Positions 37,968 to 49,200 of a stretch of 64,000 nucleotides of DNA are shown here, one piece after another. The first letter of the stretch is position 1; every line of letters begins with the position of its first letter. This DNA comes from Takakia lepidozioides (Eukaryota > Plantae > Bryophyta), in assembly GCA_030704615.1 (NCBI GenBank), contig CM060734.1:46562001-46626000 (forward strand), written 5' to 3'. The notes under the pieces were generated by a model. The model did not search any database. It was not told where the DNA came from and saw only the letters and a program-made list of their open reading frames with translations. The position numbers and the translations under genes are program-made.

Positions 37968-40900
37968 TTAGTGTTTTCCCGTGCTTTTGTAGGTGTAGCG
38001 AGAAGCGCTGAGGACGAAGAGGAGAGTGTTGACAAAACTGAGGGTGGCGAGGAGCCAGTAGAAGTAGTCGATGTGGCTGCGATTCAGGTTGTTGCCGATC
38101 CAGCCGCCATTGGAGTTGTTGGTGAGCATGGTGACGATGTTGACGAGAAGACTGCTGACGAAGGTGCCGACTGCCACAGTGCTGAGGTAGAGAGCACTGC
38201 CTAAGCTACGCATGGAGTCTGGGGCTTGGTCCAAGAAGAATTCCATTTGGCCAACTGAGATGAACACCTCGCAGATGCCAGTCAACATGTATTGGGGTAG
38301 GAGCCAGAAGATGGACATTGGAAGCTCCTGGTGGGAGTCCAGGAGGCCATGAGATTGCGCTACACGAAGGCGGAGCATTTCAACCAAAGCCGCCACCACA
38401 ATGGAAAGTGTGGAGATGAACTGTCCCACTGCAATTCGCTGCAGCAGGGTCAAGCCACGATCATTCCCAGTGAAGCTGCGCACAAATGGTACAAAGAATT
38501 TATCGTACAAAGGTAAGAAAATGCAGATTGTAAGAGTCACAAATAGAGGCATGGAGGCTGCTGGAATTTCGAAATGGGGTCCCATGTGGCGGTCCATCGT
38601 GGTTCCCTGACTCAGAAACAAAGTGCCAACCTGGGCAAATACAGTTGAAAACATTAAGTTAGTCACCCAAATTGGTAGCATTCGAACCAGGAGCTTGACC
38701 TCCTCCACTTGAGTTACTGTACACAACTTCCACGGGTTGGGCTGCACTCCATTGGGCTTATACACTGTATCATAGTTTGGTTTCGGTGTGGCTGCCCTGT
38801 CCAAGCACCTGCAGGCAAATATTCCCCATCAGCTCAGGTCCAAGATTCTACATGAGGCTATGGTTGCATGAGACCTCAATCAAATAGCTCAAATTACTAT
38901 TCTACACATGCAGGTAACCATCAGCGGGTCATCAACCACCTGGGGTTAACTTGGACAAATGTGAGCATGTAGGGATGGGCTTCATTTGTCAGTTTCCCGC
39001 TATGCATGTAGTATCCATATCAGGTTTAGCTGCATTCGGCACGCAGTCAATGTTAGAGGAGAGAGGACGTTTGGGATGGAATCTGGTGAAAGTTCGTCAA
39101 AATTGTGGTCTGGCAGCATGATGTGATTGAAATCTCAGGTCTTGTATGCTAATAAAATGCTTAGACATGTATGCGAATATGTTGTGGTTTGTCTAGAATC
39201 TGAAACATCATGGAGTGTTTGTTTGAATCCTTAGAACTGTGGACATCCAGATACTAGGTACATAGAATGATGCATGCATGCACAGGCAACTCACGGGTGC
39301 TCCTGATTCCTTGAGATTCTATGGAAGAGTAATATATGAGCAATGATCTGTCGCGAGCTTCTCAAAAGCAATTTCTCAGAAAGCGATTTACCTTAAATCT
39401 GATGTATGCGGCAGCAGTTTATAACCAGCCTGGGATAATGCCTCCTTGTCGTCAATCTCATGGAGCAGCTCTGGGTTGGCAGGACTCCAATTCCGTGCTG
39501 CGGCTATCACGACTTGGGCCACGCGGGTAAATGGACTCCCTGATGGAACACGACATCGATATAGAGGTGTTCCAATGGCGAATGCGACGGTGGCTAAGCC
39601 AGTGATGACTGCAGGAATACCGTATCCCCAGGACCAACCAAAAGTATTTTGTACGTACACTAAGATGCTTACCGAGAGCATGGTTCCGAAACTGATGCTT
39701 ACAAACCACCAATTCGGGAATGACATCTTGCGCTTGGCCTCGCATGGGTCCCCTTCATCGAACTGGTCGCCCGCAAGTGCACTCACACATGCTTTGATAC
39801 CCCCGGCACCCAATGCCATCAGGTAGAGTGAAAAATAAAAGAATCCAATCTGTGTTCGTGTAGCTCCTTCACAGAGCGTGCTGTCATTTGGAATATTGTC
39901 ACAACCCGGAGGCTTTAGAGACGGTAGTGTCACTGCCATGGTGACGAACACAAGGGACTGCAATACAATCAGCGATCATCAGATTAGACCTGTTTATGCG
40001 TATGTTTACTAGAAGATTGTCTACAAGGTACTGATCTTAACTGCCCATGATACTACTTGTCATAGACATCTAACACCACGATCCCAGGTTATCCTCATGA
40101 ATACTTACCAAAAAAAGTCTAGTATCAGGCTAGCACCTCTTAAACAACTTGATTTCAATTGAAGTACTTATAGAGATCTTGACTTCGCTAGCAGTCTGCA
40201 GTTTGCAAGGCATGATTTAAGTCACTACTTGTCTGTGTTCAGTGTAAATTTGGTCCAATCTGTTATCATCGATTGTCTTTCCTGAACTCATGTTAGCTGA
40301 TCGGGACCATTACGCGTAGAAAATGCGGTAACATGTGCATGTAAGACTCCTGAGCTCAACTGTAGAATGGACATTTAGAGACAATTGATAATTACCACGA
40401 AGTACCCGCAGGAGAATGTGGCGATAGTCCAATAGCGGCCGAAGAAAGCATCGGCCACAAATGCCCCAATGAGAGGGGTCATGAAGGTGGTGCCAGACAA
40501 ATTGTTGACATTCCTTGCCGCTTCTGATGTATCCTCGTGTAGGACTGTTGTCAAATATATTACTAGATTGGATGATATAGCGTAGTATGCCACTCTCTCA
40601 CATACTTCACACCCTGCACAACGCCCACCAACTGCAAATTCTTATCTGGAGTCCAACGCTCACAGACCACCAGCTGGGCAGGGCCTGGAAATATATGCAG
40701 AGTCTGCCAAATTGAATGCTAGTCTAGTGTAAGCGTCACATCAGCAGTCAAAGTAAACCATTCCGAATCTTGAACTATTCTAACCGTCTTGATGTCGTGT
40801 GATGTGACCCACGCGAGAACTCATGGAGTGACCTTGTGATCTACATGTCGAAGTCTATGCTTGGAAATGAGTACACAATGTTCAAATTGTAAGATTGTTC

Positions 40901-41592
40901 GTGGCAACAACAAATTGACATCAGTGCCTCATACGTGAATTTAGAACAAGTTTTCGCTACATTCATGAGGTGTTTGCGTGAATCCTGCGAGGAAAAATGC
41001 ACATGAGCTAGCTGCTGCACTACCTAGTGAATCAACTAGCGGCCTTTGTCTGTCTAATTTAGACGTGGACCTTATCGGGCACTGATATTTCTGATTGAGT
41101 TGTCAACCGATGATTGAGGGTAGATATCCTGGCCCGCACATGTGATGGAAATCCACCGGGAAGTGATCTCATCCGTGTACACATCCCGCTGCCCGCAGTT
41201 CAAAAGATCAGAAGAACGGGATAACTGATTAGCTCAGGTTTGGTTGCACCACTGCGTCTCATCTATACTCGTTCTCATTTTGGTGTAGTGGGTTCACGAA
41301 CATGGATACTACTTCCGCTCATTGTAAACATTCATTGAAGATATCGTATATTGACTATAGAGCAGGGATATAGCCACTGACCAAAAATCAAGACGCAAGC
41401 CCTCCAATTTCCTGTTTTGGACCTGAGAGGCGGACGCCCATGGGTGTCAACAGTACCATCAGTCACAAAATCGTCCTCCTCCATATGCATCTTTGAGACT
41501 GATTGGTCTACACTGCATGCTGCGATGGCCAGTTCCCTCAACACTGCCAACTCCCCACTGTTGAAACTTTGTAGCTGCTCAAGAGGGGCCAT
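37968..41592 (-). CDS. NPF (NRT1/PTR) proton-coupled nitrate/peptide transporter, 4 coding exons
   Basis: DGTVDTHGRP...TGNWRAC (41379-41592); EVCERVAYYAISSNL...GAFVADAFFGRYWTI (~40395-40613); LGAGGIKACVSALAGDQFD...GSPFTR (39392-39957); LCTVTQVEEVK...QAPDSMRS...HIDYFYWLL (37968-38808). Confidence 0.96.
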
Positions 41593-41783
41593 CCTTAAGT
41601 TATACAACCTGTGCAGGCCACACCCACATCCTCATCATTCCTTTGCAGGGACTTACTACTAGGCACAACTCCCCACTGTTGAAACTTTGTAGCTGATCAA
41701 GAGGGGCCATCCTTAAGTTATACAACCTGTGCAGGCCACACCCACATCCTCATCATTCCTTGCAGGGACTTACAACTAGGCAC
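41548..41783. repeat. 118-bp near-perfect tandem duplication covering the NPF start codon
   Basis: Units start at 41548 and 41666 and differ at about two positions (gctgctc/gctgatc, tactact/tacaact). Confidence 0.95.
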
Positions 41784-43298
41784 ATCCTGGAATGTCAATT
41801 CACGGTTTAGCAGCTTGTCGCACCGAGATATGTTCCAAATTTGATAGCTCCGATCTCTTCCACCAAATTTTCAACTCCTGCATGTCATCCGCGAGAGGGA
41901 AAGAGAGAGATCGCCAGAGAGCTGGAAACTAGACTAGTTTACTCATGAATGACCTGATTGGAGGAAGATTATGAGGAAAGAATGGAGCCGAGTGAGGAGT
42001 ATATGTACATATAGAAACTGCACAGTGATCCGGCCAGTGAGGACTCAGTGAGGAGAGTCCCGGAGAGAGAGGACAGTGAGGAAGGGCAAAGGAGCGAGGC
42101 GCTTGCTGGCGGCGCGGGGCGGGTGTCCGACCCGGTTCCGCGTACTGTCCCGCCGCCGGCAACGGGCGACCGGGTCGGGCGGTTGCCTGTCCCCAGGACG
42201 GCACCCTTTGAATGACCTGGATGAACAGAGTAGAAGAGCTGGACGAATGAATGAAACTTCCCTCCACCTAACTCTTACAATTACTTTTACCCCATCAGTG
42301 AAAAGCATGCGCTGGTGTGTTGATTTCGCACATTGTCTCTGTCTCTCGCGTCTTCTTCGTTAGGGTCTCTGCGTGTCTGTCTGTCATTTTCTCGGGATTT
42401 CTGTGGATCTGGACCTGACATACACTCTAGTACTGGCGTTCTACTTTACATAAGTTTCGGATCAATATCTGCATGCGTTTTTATATGCCCCCATGACTTG
42501 TTGGCAGCCCTAGTATCGATATTCCGGAGCAGGGGTGGCTCTTGGTGTAATTGGGACTCCCCGTGAGGATACTAGCGTGGATAGGGTTTGTATGCTGAGT
42601 TGTTTGAAGGATTGGTTCTTTGCATGAGTGTCAAGCTTAGTGTGTTATGTGCTTGTTCTTGTCCCTGACTGCCTGCTGTATGACTCCCGTATCAGTACTT
42701 GTGGAAGATATGATCAGTAGATCTATGGTAGGATAAGATTCTGGTGTATAAATTTGACCTTCTGGCAGTTATTGGGCCCTTGAAGTGTCCTGAAGGAATT
42801 GATGAGTCTTTCCTGAATCCAAGCGTCGTCGGTAGATCCTATTTTCACATACGTTTGGGGATTGGAGCACCAATTTGACCTAATTGAAACCGTCGCATTG
42901 GGAAAGTCCGTTGCAGCTGCTGTAAATTTTTCCATGTCTCATCAGATTATTGAGCTAGTGTGAAGCTCAGAGGATATGTCATAGTTTAGTGTTGCTGCAA
43001 GTGGTTCTTGGAGGATTTTGCAGTCCAGATTTGTGTTAATGGGCACAATGGCTGGTTTGTCAAGTAGTTAGGTCTCTGTGATTAAAGCCACAGTTATGTT
43101 CACTAGCAGCAAGTGACAGCCGGGATCCATCATATCTGTGGGTGGGGCGGGAGGTGAGAGTCGGAATTTAGCGCCAGTTCAGCGAACATCGCTGCTCAGC
43201 GTCAAAGGAATTGCATTGTAAATGTCCCGCGTAATCCGGACCTGGAGTACCTGTCACTGAGGAAGACCGTCAAGGTGACACACAAAAAGGGTGGATAG

Positions 43299-45077
43299 AT
43301 GGCAGGACTATTCCGGAAGTTCTTCGGTCACTTTGGTCACAGAAAGGAGGATGGTGGGAAGAAGGCGCGAGACAAAGCGGGAGGGGCAGGGTTCAGTATG
43401 AAGGTCGCTGTACCATCAGACAACACGATGCATGCTCCTGTAGTCTCTCGGTGCACCTATGGCCATGGTGGCGTTCAGGTGTGTCTTCTCCTCCTTACCT
43501 GTTAGAACCGAGTAGATGAGACATCATACTCTTTTGTCTGCTAACCCCATCTGAAAAATAACACAATTGGTAGGACGTCGAGATCCATCTGAATCTCTCT
43601 TTCTTAAAAATAAATCTTAGTAAGGTCAGAAGCAGTAACTCTCAACTAAAACTCCTAGTGTCTCCCAATGCCAGAGTCCTCGGCTTGCAACAGAATCAGA
43701 GAAAATTCCGCCACGGTAAGATGTAGGCAACTGGAGGAAAACTCCATGCTAGGACTACATTTCCCGAACCACTGGTAAGATGAAAAGCCTAAACTTGGGC
43801 AAGGCCATGTTAAGATTCACAACTAGAGCTAAACCATTCATACTGGATTAGGTACATATGTCGACAAAAGGAGCTGAGACTTCCTTGTATCAACTTGTGC
43901 TTCTTCAGACATTGTCGAATGGGAGGTCCCATCGGAAAATAGGCCCCTTAGTTCTTTAACTTAAATATCCTGCATTACAATCAATTCCTAAAGGTTCCCA
44001 GACTATGCAAGGCCATACATTGCGGGAGGAACACAAATTCAACCTACTACGACATTGTCACAACTTCTAGCCACTCCTACTGAATGCAAACCAGGATGGA
44101 GATCTTGATGATAAGTCTCTTGAGCACTGTGTACTCGCACTGCACTGTATAGAGTTAAATGTGATTTTTGGTCTTTTCTCTTTGAAGGGGTGGGGGTGGT
44201 GGGGGGGGAGGAGAGCAGGATGGGACATTAATGCCCTAGAGCTCCAGTAGTGGGCCCTGTCTTTGTAAAACTTGATTCCAAAATCAATTCAGAAAGATAA
44301 ATTCGGTGTTCACCCAAAAATCGAGAGGCAACAAGTTCCAACCCCTAAACTCAGAGTTGAGTTTGAGCTATAAGACCCATAGATGTCCAGGGGGAACCTG
44401 GATTCATTGCAACCAATCTACAAAGCAATAGGTTAGTGATCCCTGTGGAATTCCAGGCTTAAAGCACCACCTACTTGTTATTGATGTCTTCTTTAAGAGC
44501 CAAATTGCTGGTTATTAAAAGTACCACTGACTCGTGTTTATATAGAGTCATTGGTTGATACTAATTGTACTACTCAAATTGTGGAGGTTGTTGGTGACTA
44601 GGTCAAGAAGAAAAAGAATGAATGCAGCTCTGATGGAGAGTTTAGTCATAGTTCCATCCAATAAGCCATGCAATTTTCAGCATTAGATTGAGAGAGAGAG
44701 AGAGAGAGGCCACTGCTTTTCTGCACAGTTTCCAGGCTTCACATCCTTTTTGGATCTATAGTTGGAATGTTTATCCCTCGAGTGCCCTCCTTTCCTTGAA
44801 GCTGTAACTCGTCCATGCCTCAATATTGATGGGGGTCTGTATGCAGGGACTGACATGGTACTCTGAAAAGCTTCGAGTGGATGATGATGGTGATGTTGCA
44901 CAGGAGTTTCTCAGTGAGGTCATTCCTGAGACTCCAGGCGCCAGCAACACGCCTCGATCTCCCCGTTTTGAGGCAGTAAGACATACAAGGCCTGTTAAAC
45001 TCAAAGGTCCCGTGTGCACTCAGGATGGCAATGTGAGACAATTTGTTGAGTTATCAGGGGAACATCTGTGGGCGTGA
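43299..45077 (+). CDS. Small conserved plant protein of unknown function (2 exons: 43299-43478, 44847-45077)
   Basis: The phase-0 GT-AG splice gives GGVQ|GLTWYSEKLRVDDDGDVAQEFL, a motif I recall from an uncharacterised land-plant family. Confidence 0.75.
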
Positions 45078-46267
45078 AGACATCCAGCTATGAATCCTGT
45101 GTCAAAGTTCCATCCTACAGGTGAATTTGAGTGAAGTATGGGCTTCTGCTTGTACTTCACCACTTGGAAGCCAGGGTCTGGAGCCTATTATGTTTCTCTT
45201 CTAAGCACACTAAGAAGTGTAAATGTTTTCCTGGTCATGGTGGACTGTATTGCAACCTTGAACCATATAGGTCTCAGTGTACGAAATTGAAGAGGCCCCC
45301 AGCTGATCATGAAGTGCAAAGCACGTTTCATCGTTTCATCCTGTTGCATTTGTATTGCTAATAAGATGTGACAACTTCACCTACATTTATTTTCTTGGAG
45401 TTTGACGGCTCATCAAATGCCTGCGCAGGATAAACAGAACCTTTGGATTCATTCTACTGTTGACATCGAATATTCTGTCTATTTCAATGCCTGGCTGACA
45501 GCCCTTGTAATTGCCAATAGACAACTGAAAATGTTGATTTGTGGACTGGATAAGTTGGGTTCCCTCGCTTCTCGAATTGGAAATTTTACATTATTCAGTT
45601 ATCAGACGGTCGCACAAGTTTTGTAGTGATGGTTGTGTTTCAATATTGCCACTGAGCCTGGAATGGTGTAATGTGTAAGATGATAGACAAATCTGCTGCG
45701 AGAATGTTCTAGCAGATCCCATTCCGCCCTCAGTGACATAAGCCACTATTTCTTCGTCTCAAAATTTGTATATCGTTGAGAAGTTGGTGGAAGTGGTGTG
45801 GAGATTGTGTTGCTTCCATATTGCTCCTCAGGGAAAGAATGGGATAAGGATCTTCTTCGTGAAGGGTGAATGTCATGTGCTACTATGGGCCCAAAGAGAA
45901 CTCAGCAGTCCAAGACTAGTGCAAATTCCATCAAAGTGTTGCACCACAGAAAAGTAGACTGACCACAGACCACAACAAAGGACCCCTAAAAAGCCCTGCA
46001 GAGAGTCCTGGGTGTGCTTCAAAGGGAGGATATATCCTCGCAACAAGTCAGACAGCAGGGTTTGCAACTGATAATCCTGTGAATGGTAGTAGTGGGAGGA
46101 TTGTATGATGACTGTGGAGCAGATTGCTTAAGTAGTTGTGGGGACAAGGGGGTGTAGGTCAGCCTAGTCTAAGGTGAAGAGGATGCTCGGTGCATGAAGA
46201 GCTGGGTCCGATCAGCTGGCTAAGATCTGCGTTACAGATGAGATATAAACCTCTTGAGTAGCTCAGG

Positions 46268-49200
46268 ATGGTGGAGTTGGGTCTGGCATTGACTCCTTAT
46301 GATTCATCTTCTGGCCATGGCTGGTCTCGATTTGACATGCGCAGTACATCTCCAGTATCATATTCTTGTCTTTTCGAGTCCTGGCAACCTCCCGGCTCTG
46401 CAAGTTCTTGCAAGTGCGTCAAAAGTCGGGTTTCCTCCAGTGCGTGTGCTCGTTATTTTGCGCGGGTTGATGATGGGTCTCGTGCACCGGTCAAGCATGT
46501 CCCTCCCCATGCTTCATTCTTTCTCTTTTCGCAGGTTACAACTATATCTCCCTTTAATCCTCTCGCACGGTTGGGCAGAGTGTTGAGGCAGCTTCTTCTT
46601 CAAGAAATGTTATCTCAATCACAATTTGGGTCGTCGGACAGAGTATCCGAGTTGGCTTGTACATCTTTGAAGCCTTCCTCCTCTTCACAGGCCGCTTCGA
46701 GTGCTCTCTGTTTGCAGCACCTTCTTCCTATCTCTGAATCTCTCCCTCAGTCTAAAGAAACAGGATGCCCACAAGTAACCTATCGCATGCAACTTCTGCT
46801 TAAAGCAAGATGGGTTGCATTCCTCCTGTTTGCTGGTGTCGTGGCCACTTTCATGTGGAAGAGGGTGCCCCGTGCCCTGTCAAATCCTACCAACTTCTAT
46901 CAAACCGACACCCGAAGTAGAAAGCAATCAAGTAGATTGGTTCCCACATTGCCATCTGCATATTTTGTGCATGGCGATTCGGGTGAGGCCAGGCCATCCT
47001 ATTCTATGCTTTTTGTGGGAGACGACAGGCTCACTGCGACATCATTAGTATTTCCGTACACACAAGGGAACCATCAAATTTCCAAGCATTCTGTTGAGGT
47101 AATAAAAGCATAGACCTTTCTCTATTTCTCTCTCGCTCTGACAGTTTTTCTCTTTGTCTCAATCCCTTTTCCCCTTGTCTATTTGGACAACAAAGTTTAT
47201 CACAGGGTTCAACAACACGAGCATTCAATCAGGCTTCATTGTCAGCATGTACTTATGTGGTGGTGACTCTTGATGTTTGCTAACCTTCACCATCGTGCCC
47301 ACTTATGTGACTTGTAAATTTCCTTGTCCTTGTCTATCAAGAGATGAATATATGGATTTATTACTTAGAAAGAGTGTCACCTGAAGAGGTTTTCCAATAA
47401 ATATTGTTCAAAGAAAGAGACACAAGAAGAGGAAGAGGAAGAGCTTGATTCGAGGGTTTTTGACTGATGAAGGTTGTCTTGGGGTCTTTTGTCCTTGAAG
47501 CCTGGGAATTTAAAAAAGAGATGGGCCTTTTCTTATCACATGATGGAACTTCGATGGTGGAAATGGGGTGTAGCTCTGCTAGCTGCAACACCAGCCAAGG
47601 ACTTACAACCTCTTCACGAATGTTGACTCTGTTCACAAGTTAGCAAGTGGTTGATGTGCAGGTGGGAGCACTCAACCCACGGGATGAATATATGTCACAA
47701 AAGAGTGCACTCCTGGTGTCCATGAAGAAGGCTGCTGTTGGGACGACGAGTCAAGACCTGAATGTAAAGTTCTACATGGTCTATGAGTAACTCCATGATT
47801 TCCATGACTCTTTATTTTCCATTGATGCTTTCGAGATTATTTATGTCCAGTCAATGTTTGCTGGTTGACAATTCTATCAACTTTACCATGCCATAAGACA
47901 ACAGCAGGCTTTGAAATTGCACTAACAGGGATATAATCAAGAGTTGGTACCAAAGTAGTATGGGCAGATAATGATTGTTGGCAGCATTTGAGGTGTCCTA
48001 CTAGAGACCTACAGATGGTTTGCAATTGACATGTGCTCTCTGCCATCCTGTCCCAGGCACAAGCAATTGATAGTGGTAGTGAGGATAAGGATACGGCATC
48101 GGACTTTGCTAAGTGGATAGAGGGGGTGAGAGTTGATGCTCTCTACCGTGGGGTCAGTGAGGAGGTGCTTGGACGGGCCCTCCAGGGTATTCAAGTCTCA
48201 TCAAAAGTAATCGAGAAAGACCAACACCGGCCCGAGGTGAAACTTTCAGCGGACGACTACTTAAAGAGGTGACTGATGAACCCAAACTATGGTTCTGCAT
48301 TGAAGAGAGAAAAGGAGGGAGGGATAGAGGACATCAGATGGGAATTCACAAAGCAGATTGCTGCAATGGTCTATATTGATGAATTCACCTAGGATTGCGC
48401 ACTCATCAAAACGCCTATGCACAGCTACACACAAGAAATTGTCAAGGGCAGGACTTCTCTTGGGGGGCTTCTGCCAGGATTTCAACCCTAAGCAGTTCAT
48501 ACTCATAGTTACTTGTATCTGCAGGTTTGTTCCGTTGACTGGAAAACATTTAAGTTGTGCTCACTTTGGTTTGCTGGAGGGTGTAGAATGGTAGATGAGA
48601 GGAGGATCTCGAATGGGGTGGCTATGCTGCAGGAACATACACAGCTGCTGGCAAGCATATCCAAGGAGTATGGTGTACCTGCACCCGTCTTGGTTGCTGT
48701 GTGGGGCATTGAAAGCAGGTATCTTCTTGCTATTAAACTCTCTTCCCCTTCACTCAGGCTCTGGGTGACTTTAGGAGACAGCTCTCACACTCTGGGTAGA
48801 TGTAGAAAGGCATGGTGATCCGATTGTCTCTGATGATGAGGTTTGTAGAACTATTCTTTCAGTGTGAGCTGGTCGTTGGTCCCCACAACAATTGTGCATG
48901 GAATTTCGGAGATCTCCCCAATCAGTCTATTGCTGTCCTGCTTTGTGAGGATGACATCTGGTGATATATATATATATTATCAATGGAATGGCAGAGGACC
49001 TAAGAACAGTGAGAGGAAACCGAAAGAATGTACCAAAACGGCGTGCAGAACTTGACAGGAATGGCGTAAGATCCATTATGAGAAAAAGATCTATCCTATT
49101 TGTACCACCTGTGAACTGAGACAGAGGTTAACTCAATTTCTGTGCTCGACCTGGATCCGGGGCAGATACTGCCCTCAGTCTTTGTGTAATGTTGGGGTTT

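Noticed and set aside
42076-42210. GC-rich patch with a 10-bp inverted repeat (ccgacccggt/accgggtcgg) and overlapping ORFs
   Set aside because: Most simply a GC-rich promoter region between divergent genes; the ORFs look like composition artefacts.
44188-44220. G-rich tract (also poly-G at ~53029-53041) as a functional G-quadruplex
   Set aside because: Low-complexity intronic runs with no further support.
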